In this document: positions 7,861 to 17,781 of the stretch, piece after piece
Numbering within the stretch: position 1 is the stretch's first letter
How the letters are laid out: every line of letters begins with the position of its first letter
Assembly (NCBI GenBank): GCA_016214555.1
Contig: JACROF010000014.1
Span: 1-45,035, forward strand
From: Candidatus Levyibacteriota bacterium
GTDB lineage: Bacteria > Patescibacteriota > Microgenomatia > Levybacterales > UBA12049
Reading direction: 5' to 3'
Length of the DNA: 45,035 nt
Translations under genes and position numbers: made by a program
Notes under the pieces: model-generated
What the model was told of the DNA's origin: nothing
Database searches by the model: none
Seen by the model: the letters and a program-made list of their open reading frames with translations, nothing else

Positions 7861-10800
7861 TAGCTATCTCCTTTAATAACTGAAATCTCACGAAGGAAGA
7901 GATTGTAATCATAGAAGTCTACAGCTCCGTCATCATTGAGATCTGCTTTTTTAGACAGATCTGCCTCACAATGGTTACCAACGATGGATTCGTCACAGCC
8001 TGTAACAATGTCGTAATCTAAAAGATTGATAACTCCATTACCATCAATATCTCCGACCACCAGATAGGTAGCCTCAGTAACGGGAATAATAGTATCTTTC
8101 TCCACAATAACAATTGCATTTTTAAGTTTTTTCTTAGGATGTTGGTCAACAAGAACTTTTATGCTATATGTTCCTGCTGCAACTTTTTTATCAAGGGTAA
8201 TAGTGCCTGTAAAGAGGTCGGGGCCATCTTGGTAGGAGATGTTTCCTTGACCAATTGCAATCACATTACTATCATTAGTTGCTTCAGTTAGCTCAACTTT
8301 CATCAACCTCTCTCGTCTTTTTGGATTGATATTTCCAACTGTATTGGGAGCAACGCTATCTCCTGCTTTTCCAATTCCATCAAGAAAGATTGAGCTAAAC
8401 GACAGGGATGTTTTGTCAGTTGGGATGGGTGAAGGACTGACAGATGGACTTGGGCTTGGTGACTCTGAAGGAGCTGTGCTTGGTTCAGTTGATGGGCTAA
8501 TAGATGGAGATATGACAGGGGATGGAGATACACTTGGCGATGGAGAAATAGTTGTTGGTGAGCATGTTGGATCCTGTACCCATCCTTCAGGCAAGCAGGA
8601 GGTTGGAAATGTTTGACAAGCGTTGGTACTACTATTTCTAGCATCAGTAATTACCTGAAGGCAAATTGGCGATGGGCTAGGCGTTATTGTTGAAGCAAGA
8701 GTAAAGTCAACAGATGCAGTTTGGTTGGTATTAAAGGTGACCTTTACGTTATTTGCTGTTGTAAGCGTTGTGTTAGTTGGCGCTGTTGTTGAGACGGTGT
8801 ACTCTTTTTGTGTAAGTGATGGGATCACATATGAGCCATCTGCTGCAACCTTTACTGTCTTGTGTTGATTATTCGTATTAGTCGCAGTGATATTCATCTT
8901 ACCGCCAGTATATTTTTGTTTACTTGATTTTGTCTTGAGAAATACCTGTCCTTTGATGGAATAAATAACTTGCGTAGATGGCTTGGGGCTTGGAGCCGAT
9001 GAGGGAGTTTTGGATGGAGTAAGCGATGGTGTTTTTGAAGGTGCATTGCTTACAGGGGGAGTAATTGGTTTACTTGTGTCTTTTAAGAGGAAGTTTACTG
9101 GCTTTGTTCCAATGTTTGTTGCTTCAACTACCACTTGTTGTTCAGAGGATCCTTGGAGAGTAAATCCAGATGGGATCGTCTGAAGAGCGACTGTATAAGT
9201 TCCAGGCTTTATATCCTTAAATGAATATCTCCCATTTGATGCTCCTGATTGTGCTGTTTTTGTTGTGAGAGAAGTCCCGGGACCAGTAATTCTTACTGTT
9301 GCTCCATTAAATTTAGCTCCACCATCTCCATCACCACTTTCAGGATTCTCATCAATTTTCCCATTTGCATTTTTATCATAGAAAAGTGCTCCCGATACTG
9401 TTTTGGAGGTTGCTGTTGGTGATGGATAAGGAGCAATGCCGAAATTTCTTGTGATACTTTTAGTTGCTCCGCCAACCTGACCGCCTGGCCAATCAGTTGT
9501 TCCTTGATAGCCGCTTGGGACTGCTGGTCTTACTGTGTAGTCTCCAGGAGCGAGATTGGAAAATTGATAGTTGCCCTTTAAATCTGTGGTTGTAGATTTA
9601 GTTGCAGTTACGCCAAGATTAATTTTAATTCCGCCAAAAGGTTTTTCGTCTGCATCCTGCTTGCCATTCCTATTTTCATCACGGTATGCTACTCCCTTAA
9701 TGGTGTTGTCATTTTTTCCTGCATTTGAGAGTCGAATAGTAAAATTAACGATCTCTGATGATTTTGGACTTGAAGGAGGATTGACAAGGGAAACAGGATT
9801 TTTTGATGTAACTTCATATCCTGATGGTGGTTCAATTTTTATTGAATAATTTCCCGGAGATGTAAGATTTTTAAATGAGTAGCCTCCGGTAGTACTTGTA
9901 AAAGTTGTTGCAGCTTTATCAATACCTAAAATAACTTTGACGTTTTGCCCAGCGTATGGACGTGTTCCTGTTGCAGTGCTCACCGATACAGTCCCGCCAA
10001 TCATAGCGGTATTGACCGGAGAAGGCGTGGTGGAGTTGGTTAGGATAACAACATAGCTCGCATTGGATGTTCCCGTTTTAATCTCCTTTTTGCCCCTGTA
10101 AGGAGACTTGCTTGCAGAGATAGTAAGATTGCTATTTGCACTGACGGGCAAGGTAAGATTGCCTGATGAGTCTGTTCTACCATTTGGACAGGTTGCTTTT
10201 CCTGTGCCTGTAACTACAGTTGGACAAACAGTAACATACACGTCTCCAGCTGGTGAAGACACATTTGATTGATATTGTGTTTTAATTTGTATTTTAATAC
10301 CTGTTGGAGTATTTGGTTTTAGTGCGAACCTTATTGGATCCATGCCATTTACTACATCTACTGTTCTAGGCTCCGTTTGGTAATTATCAGCCTTTGCTGT
10401 CATTTTTACCGTATCATCAAGATGAAGGCTTGCCGCGACACAGCCTGTTATGGGAGCATCGACTGTTCCTCCAGCTGAATTAACCATGGTGACTATGCCT
10501 TTTAGGTCCTTTTTGGTATTCGCATCAGTGAGGCACACTGTCACTTTGGTAAGTGGTCCTAGTTTCTTGCCACAATTTACACCATTTGGGCATTCGACTG
10601 TGTAATTATAAACATAACTTGTCCCCTTTGAAGCATTAAGGGAAGCAGGGAAGTCTGATTTGGTCAGCACATACCCATCGGATGGTTTGTAAATTGCAGT
10701 GTATGTACCATCTGATACGTTGGTAAATTTAAGAAACCCTTTAGTGTCAGTTGTTAGCTTGGTTCCCGATGCGCCATTTATTCCTTGGAGGGTAACGGTT

Positions 10801-12170
10801 TGATTTGGTATTCCAGTTCCAAATTTGTCCTTGATGGTAAATTGAACAGAATTTTTTCCAGCAACTGGCGAAGGCGTGGTCTTTGCCTTTAATAAGTACG
10901 TGATCGTAAATGGAGCGTGCGCTGACTTTTCAAGATCTAAAATACGATCTCTAGGATTCTCAGAAAGGAGAGTGTATCCTGGAGGAATTACTGCAAAATT
11001 TATTTTGTACGACCCTGCCTTGAGACCAGAGATGCTTACTTCTCCTTTTGGCCCACAATTCAATGATTTGGTGCTAAATCCCGCTCCAGAGGTTGTTGGT
11101 GTAACATCAAAGCGACAACCATCTTTTGTGTAGGGTATGTCAGTTTCTTTTCCATTTTGCGTTGTTCGCTCTTTGGTAGCAATAGTCATGGTCCAGGTAT
11201 AGGTTGCGGGAGTTGATCTTAGAAGAAAAGTTATCGATTTTGATGTAGTTGTTTTTTCAATATCAACAGGGAGTCCAATATATTTAGATGTAAATCCTGG
11301 AGGGGGTGTATTAAGATGAGCAGTATATCTTCCTGGTTCAACAATGTTTGAAAAACTAAAAGCTCCACCTGAATTAGTTGTTGTTTTTTTTGAAAATTTA
11401 TTTTCCCCAGTAAGACCAATTGAAACTCCGTTAAATTCTGCTGATCCAGATTCACCCGAATCGGCTACTCCATTGCTATTTTTATCAAGTATAAGCTGTC
11501 CTTTTATTGTTTTTGCTACTACTGGCGGAGTATTAGGGGTGAGATAGAAGGTTTTTGTCTGATTTGCTGCTGTGAGTGCGACACCAACTTGTGCTGCTGA
11601 CACATATCCATTAGCCGATGCAGAAATGAAAAGCGTTTGATTTCTTAAAAAAGTATAGCCTGCACACCCATCACTGCCTGTTGAGACAGTGCTATAGTTT
11701 TTAATCGTTACATTTCCATTAATAGGCCCTCCTCCGCTTCTATAGGTACAAATTGTAAGATTGGTGTACAGTGTCGGTGTTGGTGTTGGAGCTGAGGGAG
11801 TGTTGGCCTGAAGGGTTATGGTAGTGCTTACTGCGCTTGTCCCTACAGTTACAAAACGAGAGGTGTTTCTAAATCCCGATTTATTCGCTGTGATTGTATA
11901 CGAATTGTTTCCTGGGACAATAAAAGCAAAACCAGCGCTCGTTGAGTATTGTGAGCTTGAGTAAGCAGAGCCGCTGATAGAGACAGTAGCTCCTGAGATG
12001 TTTCCTCCACGTATATCCAGAATTCTTCCTGTAACATAGACACTCGTTGCAGCAAGGACGTTTTTTTGGCTGACTGATGGCTTTGGTAGAGCAATCGGTA
12101 GTATCATACCGATGGTTGCTGCAATGAGAACAATGGTTGAAATAAATCCGCTGGCAGAAAGGCGTTTCAT
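7860..12170 (-). CDS. Large secreted multi-beta-sandwich protein (carboxypeptidase-regulatory-like and SdrD-B-like repeats) with C-terminal X-module and dockerin
   Basis: Signal/TM N-terminus, three DxNxNG Ca-loop repeats, Pro/Ser/Thr linkers, paired EF-hand-like GDIDGNGVINLLDY and ADLNDDGAVDFYDY. Confidence 0.85.
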   Translation of the reverse strand: MKRLSASGFISTIVLIAATIGMILPIALPKPSVSQKNVLAATSVYVTGRILDIRGGNISGATVSISGSAYSSSQYSTSAGFAFIVPGNNSYTITANKSGFRNTSRFVTVGTSAVSTTITLQANTPSAPTPTPTLYTNLTICTYRSGGGPINGNVTIKNYSTVSTGSDGCAGYTFLRNQTLFISASANGYVSAAQVGVALTAANQTKTFYLTPNTPPVVAKTIKGQLILDKNSNGVADSGESGSAEFNGVSIGLTGENKFSKKTTTNSGGAFSFSNIVEPGRYTAHLNTPPPGFTSKYIGLPVDIEKTTTSKSITFLLRSTPATYTWTMTIATKERTTQNGKETDIPYTKDGCRFDVTPTTSGAGFSTKSLNCGPKGEVSISGLKAGSYKINFAVIPPGYTLLSENPRDRILDLEKSAHAPFTITYLLKAKTTPSPVAGKNSVQFTIKDKFGTGIPNQTVTLQGINGASGTKLTTDTKGFLKFTNVSDGTYTAIYKPSDGYVLTKSDFPASLNASKGTSYVYNYTVECPNGVNCGKKLGPLTKVTVCLTDANTKKDLKGIVTMVNSAGGTVDAPITGCVAASLHLDDTVKMTAKADNYQTEPRTVDVVNGMDPIRFALKPNTPTGIKIQIKTQYQSNVSSPAGDVYVTVCPTVVTGTGKATCPNGRTDSSGNLTLPVSANSNLTISASKSPYRGKKEIKTGTSNASYVVILTNSTTPSPVNTAMIGGTVSVSTATGTRPYAGQNVKVILGIDKAATTFTSTTGGYSFKNLTSPGNYSIKIEPPSGYEVTSKNPVSLVNPPSSPKSSEIVNFTIRLSNAGKNDNTIKGVAYRDENRNGKQDADEKPFGGIKINLGVTATKSTTTDLKGNYQFSNLAPGDYTVRPAVPSGYQGTTDWPGGQVGGATKSITRNFGIAPYPSPTATSKTVSGALFYDKNANGKIDENPESGDGDGGAKFNGATVRITGPGTSLTTKTAQSGASNGRYSFKDIKPGTYTVALQTIPSGFTLQGSSEQQVVVEATNIGTKPVNFLLKDTSKPITPPVSNAPSKTPSLTPSKTPSSAPSPKPSTQVIYSIKGQVFLKTKSSKQKYTGGKMNITATNTNNQHKTVKVAADGSYVIPSLTQKEYTVSTTAPTNTTLTTANNVKVTFNTNQTASVDFTLASTITPSPSPICLQVITDARNSSTNACQTFPTSCLPEGWVQDPTCSPTTISPSPSVSPSPVISPSISPSTEPSTAPSESPSPSPSVSPSPIPTDKTSLSFSSIFLDGIGKAGDSVAPNTVGNINPKRRERLMKVELTEATNDSNVIAIGQGNISYQDGPDLFTGTITLDKKVAAGTYSIKVLVDQHPKKKLKNAIVIVEKDTIIPVTEATYLVVGDIDGNGVINLLDYDIVTGCDESIVGNHCEADLSKKADLNDDGAVDFYDYNLFLREISVIKGDS

Positions 12171-12197
12171 AGTATTACTGTATCGTAGTTGAGACAG

Positions 12198-14168
12198 TTA
12201 TTCAACAGGATCAATGCTGTCTCCATGCAAAACTGACATTTCTCTTAGAAATAAGTTGATATCAAATTGATTAACCTTCCCATCGTCGTTGATGTCTGAT
12301 CGTAATTTTTCATCATTACTGCATGATACTGGAGCGAGATAATCTGAATAACAGCCCCTCATGAGGTCATAGTCCAGGATGTTGAGGGAGTCATCTCGAT
12401 TAACATCACCTGTTGTCAGACGCAGGGTTGGCAAGTCAACATTTTTTTGAGTTGTGATAGATGTTATGGGAGCAACTCTTTTTGTTAGATAGCCGGGGAC
12501 AGAAATAAAAATTGAGTATTTTCCTGTTGGGAAACTTGGCCCAATATCTCTATTCACTCCAAGTGTTGTACCATTTGCTGAGAAGGTATTTTTGCTTGTA
12601 TCATCAAGAACAATCTTATTATTTTCATCATAAATTCGTATTCTTACTTCTTTTTGAGGATGAAGCGGTTTTTTGTTGCTAACAGCATTGTTGTTGGGAT
12701 TAGCATTGTCACCTGCTGCTCCAAGCCCATCAAGGAGGAGGGAGATGTTAAGCGATGCTCGATTTTGCTTGTACTCTGCAAGCGTTGAGCATGTTGATGA
12801 TTGATATCCATTTTGGCTTGCAAAAGTAAATACGACTTCCCCCTCTGTGTCTTTTGATGCCTCACTCATAGTTACCTTAAAACGTGCTATGCCACTGGCG
12901 TCAGTCGTCGATGAAGACTTATCAACCCGTAAGAAATGAGCACCTGTTTTGATCTGTGCAGAGATAGGGAGGTTTGGGAGAGTGTTTCCCTGACTATCTT
13001 TAAGAATTGTTTGTATCTCAAAAGGAAAGGTTGTATTAAAAAGTGATCTGGGTGAGCAGACAAGGGTAGTTGCCAATGGTTGTCTTTGTACGCCAAAAGA
13101 TTTATCGCTTAGTGTGTCACTGTTACGAAGATCAACTGCAATAGGGTTGGTATTTGGTGGTGAGGTTTGTTCCCATCCTGGTTGCATGCCTAATTTGAGT
13201 TGGTATGAACCATCGCAGATATTCTCAAATGTGTAATTTCCGTTCGTATCAGTTACCGTAGAATTTTGTTGTGTGGTGTTTTGAAAAAGATCGATTTTCC
13301 AGCCTGACAGCTTGTTTTCATTTGTGTCAAAAGATGCATTTTTATTTGTATCCTGATAAACAAATCCTGCAATAACGCCCTTTCCAAGAGTCTGGGAAAT
13401 TTGGGAATAAATTCCTTGGAGGTCAGTTGCTGTTGGTGCATAATAATAGTTGCCATTTGTTTTTGATGCAATATTAAAAAGAAAGGCTTCATGTATGTCT
13501 TGCTTAGCTCCAAGTCCAATTGTCGTAGTTGAAATGTTATGTATCGTGTAGCCACTTAAGACGCTGTCCATGGCCTTTTGTTCTGCAGTTGCTTGAGTGA
13601 CTGAAGTTGTCGCGCCATCAACCCAATTAGCTTTCCCATCTGTTAAGAGAATGGCGATATTTGAGAGATCTGACCTTTGCCTTGAGGATGTTAATTCTGC
13701 AATAGCTTTTTTAAGTCCGCACTCAATACATGTCCAGCCATTTTGATCGTTACCGGGTGCAATCGCATCAATTTTTTTTGAAATGATGTCCATATCGTCA
13801 GTGAGTTGGGATTGTAAAATAGTATTTTGGGTGTCTGAGAAAGAGACGATAGCAAGTCTATGTTTTTTTTCAATAAGAAGTTCAGCATTTTTTTCCTTTA
13901 GAATCTCAGCAAAATTTTTTGCTGCTCTTTTTGCTCTTTCAAATCTGCTTACCGTATCAGTAGTACTACTTTGTTTATTCATGCTATTTGATGTATCGAT
14001 GATAAGGACAATATCTGTTCCTGTTTCGCTACATACTGGAGTAGAGGTTGCGGCATTTTGTTCTAGATTTTGCTGTTTTTGCACAAGACTAAGTGTCAGT
14101 GGGAGACCACCCAAAACAAGGAGAAGAGCAAGAAGTCCGAGTATTTTTGTGTTAGTTTTTTGCCACAT
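12198..14168 (-). CDS. Secreted vWA-domain adhesin-like protein with SdrD-B, Ig-like domain and C-terminal X-module and dockerin
   Basis: MIDAS DTSNS...T...LLTDG; QDTNKN Ca loop; GDVNRDDSLNILDY and SDINDDGKVNQFDI. Confidence 0.87.
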   Translation of the reverse strand: MWQKTNTKILGLLALLLVLGGLPLTLSLVQKQQNLEQNAATSTPVCSETGTDIVLIIDTSNSMNKQSSTTDTVSRFERAKRAAKNFAEILKEKNAELLIEKKHRLAIVSFSDTQNTILQSQLTDDMDIISKKIDAIAPGNDQNGWTCIECGLKKAIAELTSSRQRSDLSNIAILLTDGKANWVDGATTSVTQATAEQKAMDSVLSGYTIHNISTTTIGLGAKQDIHEAFLFNIASKTNGNYYYAPTATDLQGIYSQISQTLGKGVIAGFVYQDTNKNASFDTNENKLSGWKIDLFQNTTQQNSTVTDTNGNYTFENICDGSYQLKLGMQPGWEQTSPPNTNPIAVDLRNSDTLSDKSFGVQRQPLATTLVCSPRSLFNTTFPFEIQTILKDSQGNTLPNLPISAQIKTGAHFLRVDKSSSTTDASGIARFKVTMSEASKDTEGEVVFTFASQNGYQSSTCSTLAEYKQNRASLNISLLLDGLGAAGDNANPNNNAVSNKKPLHPQKEVRIRIYDENNKIVLDDTSKNTFSANGTTLGVNRDIGPSFPTGKYSIFISVPGYLTKRVAPITSITTQKNVDLPTLRLTTGDVNRDDSLNILDYDLMRGCYSDYLAPVSCSNDEKLRSDINDDGKVNQFDINLFLREMSVLHGDSIDPVE

Positions 14169-14240
14169 ATAAAATAAGCGCTATACGCCTTATTTAAAGC
14201 GTAGTTGAGTAAAAAGAGCTTGTCAATATGGACGAAATGA

Positions 14241-14310
14241 AAAAACTAAAAGGCAAAAATTAAAGTTAGGGTACCTTTATTTTTGAACTTTTATTTTTAA
14301 CTTTTGACTT
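14241..14310. repeat. Degenerate heptamer-periodic A-rich/T-rich inverted arms
   Basis: aaaactaaaaggcaaaaattaaag ... ctttatttttgaacttttatttttaacttttgac. Confidence 0.55.
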
Positions 14311-14337
14311 ACATTAAATTGTGTTATACTCTTCTGC

Positions 14338-14913
14338 ATGGTTTTGTCTGATGGTGATATAAAGAAAGCTCTTAAAAGTGGGAGAATTGTCATCAAACCC
14401 CTGCCAGATTTCAAAACCCAACTCGGCAGTTGTTCTATAGACCTTCGCCTTGGAAATTCGTTTAGAGTTTTTGAGCACAGTAAGCATCCATTTATCGATC
14501 CCTCAAAAAAAGATTTTTCCAATGAAATTACACGAGAAATTAGAGTAAAAAATGGAGATGATTTTATCATGCAGCCAGGTGATTTTGTCCTAGCCGTTAC
14601 AAAAGAAAGAGTAACAATTCCTTCAGATCTTATGGGTAGACTTGAAGGGAGATCTTCCCTTGGAAGACTGGGTATCGTTGTGCATTCCACTGCATCAATT
14701 TTTGATCCAGGATGGGATGGGAACCCCGTTTTGGAGTTAGGAAATTTGGGGCGCATGGCAGTTGCGCTTAAAGTTGGCATGAGGATTTGCGCAATGGCAT
14801 TTGAGGAGCTATCAAGTCCTTCAGAAACCCCCTATACTGATAAGAAATTCGCGAAATATAAATTTCAAACAGCTGCACTTGAAAGCAGAATTCATCAGGA
14901 AAAAGAGCTATGA
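14338..14913 (+). CDS. dcd: dCTP deaminase
   Basis: SIDLRLG, EGRSSLGRLG, HSTASIFDPGWDG, LELGN, GMRIC. Confidence 0.95.
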   Translation: MVLSDGDIKKALKSGRIVIKPLPDFKTQLGSCSIDLRLGNSFRVFEHSKHPFIDPSKKDFSNEITREIRVKNGDDFIMQPGDFVLAVTKERVTIPSDLMGRLEGRSSLGRLGIVVHSTASIFDPGWDGNPVLELGNLGRMAVALKVGMRICAMAFEELSSPSETPYTDKKFAKYKFQTAALESRIHQEKEL

Positions 14914-15587
14914 AATATCATATTGAATTTGACATTGATTTTAGAAGAAATCCCTACAATGGTAGCTTTATTGCGCTCGAGGGAATTGATGGAAGCGGAA
15001 AATCTACCCAAGCTCAGTTATTAAAAGAAGCTCTTGAAAAAAAGAATAGGAAAGTTGTCGTTAAAAATCCTTTTGAAGGAGAGATTGGGGCTTTTGTCAG
15101 GACGATTCTTGCAGGAGAAAAAAGAGTATCTGCTATTTCCCTCCAATACCTTATTTCGGCAAATCGAGCGGCCCAACAAGAGGAAATTATCAAGGATCTA
15201 AAAGATGGATGCGATGTTATTATTGATCGCTATTTTTGGTCAGCTGTTGCTTACGCAATTTTGGATCACCCATCTATTGATAAAAAGGATATGAAACAGT
15301 GGCTTTTGATTGGACAAAGTATTTTGTCACATTATCATCAATTTTTACTTCCTGATATGACTTTCTTTTTAGATATTTCCTCAAGAACTGCAACAAAGCG
15401 TCTTGATTCCATGGAAAAAGAAAAAGAGATTTATGAAGAGGAATCAAAAATAAAAAAAATTGAAAAAATTTATGAGTGGTTAGTTGGGGAATTTCCAAAA
15501 GAATTTGTTACCGTGAATGGAGAACAACCAATTGAAAAAGTAACACAAGAACTTCTTATGCATATTTCATCGTGTAAAAAAAATTAA
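14910..15587 (+). CDS. tmk: Thymidylate kinase
   Basis: FIALEGIDGSGKSTQ, IIDRYFWSAVAY, LPDMTFFLD. Confidence 0.95.
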   Translation: MKYHIEFDIDFRRNPYNGSFIALEGIDGSGKSTQAQLLKEALEKKNRKVVVKNPFEGEIGAFVRTILAGEKRVSAISLQYLISANRAAQQEEIIKDLKDGCDVIIDRYFWSAVAYAILDHPSIDKKDMKQWLLIGQSILSHYHQFLLPDMTFFLDISSRTATKRLDSMEKEKEIYEEESKIKKIEKIYEWLVGEFPKEFVTVNGEQPIEKVTQELLMHISSCKKN

Positions 15588-15588
15588 T

Positions 15589-16149
15589 ATGACACTTGGC
15601 CCAAAATTATTACTAGACTTAGTAAAAAAACAAAAGCTTGTTGAAAATCTTTCTGAGAGGGAATTAACCAACCCAGAAGGAGCGGGTTTTGATCTGAGAC
15701 TTGATGAAGTTTATACAATAACTGGAGAATCATTTCTTGGAGTTACTGAAAGAAAAACAGCTGATGTAAAGCTTGTTGCAAAGTATGATTCACAAAAAAC
15801 AACAAGTATCACGATAAAGCCGGGAGATTTTTTTCTGATCAAAACAATTGAATCTGTTAATATGCCTGAGGATCTGACTGCAAGCATCACTCCTCGTTCA
15901 ACAACCTATCGAAGTGGATTGTTCATCCGTACAGGTAATGTACCTCCAGGATATTGTGGAGGACTTAACTTTGGTCTTAAAAACGAAGGTCCAGTCCCGG
16001 TGACTATTGAGCTTGGAGCACGCATTGTACACATTCAATTTCATGAGGTAAAAGGAAAAGGCAATATGTATCGAGGGCAATGGCAGGGTGGTAGGGTTAC
16101 AGATTCATCTATAAACATCCCATGGCCAAAAGGAAATCAAAATTGTTAG
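15589..16149 (+). CDS. Trimeric dUTPase/dCTP deaminase family protein (probable dUTPase)
   Basis: GFDLRL, PRSTTYRSG, PPGYCG, GARIV, YRGQWQGG. Confidence 0.85.
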   Translation: MTLGPKLLLDLVKKQKLVENLSERELTNPEGAGFDLRLDEVYTITGESFLGVTERKTADVKLVAKYDSQKTTSITIKPGDFFLIKTIESVNMPEDLTASITPRSTTYRSGLFIRTGNVPPGYCGGLNFGLKNEGPVPVTIELGARIVHIQFHEVKGKGNMYRGQWQGGRVTDSSINIPWPKGNQNC

Positions 16150-16727
16150 CAGATATTCATCTTTTGTATGAGCTACGATCACTTCGCTTTGTCGATAGGA
16201 CATGGAGGCAGTACCTTCAGGTGGATGTCGCAAATAATGCAGAGCATATTTTTAGTGTTATATGGATAGCGCTTGCCATTGCACGTCATGAGGGTATAAA
16301 AAACGAAGAAAAAATTATCAAAATGGCACTTCTTCATGATGTTGCAGAGACACGTACGCCTGACACTAACTATGTTTCAAAAATATATAGCAGTCGTGAT
16401 GAAGACAAAGCAATTGCTCATATGCTTGAGGATACTGTTTTTGCAAAAGAGTTTGAAGAGCTATTTAGGGAGTACGAAGAAAGAAAGACGATTGAGTCAA
16501 AAATTGTCAAAGATGCAGATAATTTAGATGTAGATTTTGAGCTTTCAGAAATTGTTTATCGTGGGCACAATATTAAAAAAGGTAAACCATGGAAAAGACT
16601 CAATGTCAGAAAAAATTTCTTTACCAAAACAGCAGGTCTTATGTGGGATGAGCTTCAGGCAGCTAATCCTACCTATTGGCATCAGGTGGCACATGAGAAA
16701 TTCGCTGCGCCCAAAGACAGAAAGTGA
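16122..16727 (+). CDS. HD-domain 5'-deoxynucleotidase-like protein (YfbR/HDDC2 family)
   Basis: RTW...AEH, ALLHDVAE, VKDADNLD. Confidence 0.85.
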   Translation: MAKRKSKLLADIHLLYELRSLRFVDRTWRQYLQVDVANNAEHIFSVIWIALAIARHEGIKNEEKIIKMALLHDVAETRTPDTNYVSKIYSSRDEDKAIAHMLEDTVFAKEFEELFREYEERKTIESKIVKDADNLDVDFELSEIVYRGHNIKKGKPWKRLNVRKNFFTKTAGLMWDELQAANPTYWHQVAHEKFAAPKDRK

Positions 16728-16777
16728 TATAGTTTGTGATCTTGAAATTATCTTATAAAAACAGTACAAAGTAACTG

Positions 16778-17767
16778 ATGCAATCAATTAAAAAGCACCC
16801 CGAATACGAGTATCTTGATCTTCTCCGGGAAATTATCGATCATGGCATTAAGAATGTGGATCGCGGAACAGGTGCAGTTAGCTACAGTCTTTTTGGAAGA
16901 CAGACGAGGTATGATCTTTCAAAAGGATTTCCTCTTTTGACAACAAAAAAAGTGTATTGGAAAGGCGTTCTTCATGAACTTTATTGGTTCATGTCAGGCA
17001 ATTCAAATATTAAGTATCTTGTTGATAACAACGTCCATATTTGGGATGATTATCCATTCAAGATTTATAAAGAGAAATGGCAAATGGAAAATGGCAAATG
17101 GCAAAAAGGGAAAGAATTAACCAAGGATGAGTTTGTTCAAAAGATTGCGTCTGATAATAAATTCGCCAAAAAGTGGGGGGAGCTTCGACATATTTATGGA
17201 GAGAGTTGGAGACGGTGGCCAACAGGAACTAATCGCACTATTGACCAGCTCAAATGGGTTGTGACTGAGCTGACCGAGGACCCTGATGCAAGAAATGCCA
17301 TTGTTACCTCATGGGATCCAAAATATCTCTATACTATGGCTCTCAAAAAAGACGCCAATCGATTTCCTATCTGTCATAATATGTATCAGGTTTCCCAAAA
17401 AGATGGAAAACTTTATTTACAATTGTATCAGCGAAGCGCTGATATGTTCTTGGGAGTGCCATTTAATATCGCAAGCTATGCCCTTTTGACTATCATTCTG
17501 GCGCGAGTACTCAAACTTGAACCTGGAGAATTTATTCATACATTTGGGGATTGTCACATTTATGAAAATCATCTTGAGCAGGTAAAAGAACAGCTCAAAA
17601 GAAAACCTCGACCTCTTCCGACTGTAACTCTTGATAAAAAAGCAACATCGATTGATAATTTTCGTCCAGAACACGTCATCTTGGAAAATTATGATCCTCA
17701 TCCATCCCTCAAAGGAGAACTAACCATAGCCGGTGGCCTCTATCAAGGTAAAAAGAAGAAGAAATAA
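16778..17767 (+). CDS. thyA: Thymidylate synthase
   Basis: DRGTGA, FPLLTTKKV, ELYWF, PICH, YQRSADMFLGVPFNIASY, HIYENH. Confidence 0.98.
   Translation: MQSIKKHPEYEYLDLLREIIDHGIKNVDRGTGAVSYSLFGRQTRYDLSKGFPLLTTKKVYWKGVLHELYWFMSGNSNIKYLVDNNVHIWDDYPFKIYKEKWQMENGKWQKGKELTKDEFVQKIASDNKFAKKWGELRHIYGESWRRWPTGTNRTIDQLKWVVTELTEDPDARNAIVTSWDPKYLYTMALKKDANRFPICHNMYQVSQKDGKLYLQLYQRSADMFLGVPFNIASYALLTIILARVLKLEPGEFIHTFGDCHIYENHLEQVKEQLKRKPRPLPTVTLDKKATSIDNFRPEHVILENYDPHPSLKGELTIAGGLYQGKKKKK
17075..17102 (+). repeat. Tandem heptamer (AAATGGC/A) x4 inside thyA
   Basis: aaatggc aaatgga aaatggc aaatggc, encoding KWQMENGKWQ. Confidence 0.85.
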
Positions 17768-17781
17768 TTGCCATTCTGTTT

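Noticed and set aside
7213-14168. True cellulosome
   Set aside because: No recognisable glycoside hydrolase or CBM, and only a single cohesin-like domain
14277-14780. 167-aa antisense ORF over dcd and similar antisense or nested ORFs throughout
   Set aside because: They lie on well-supported genes and show no motifs of their own
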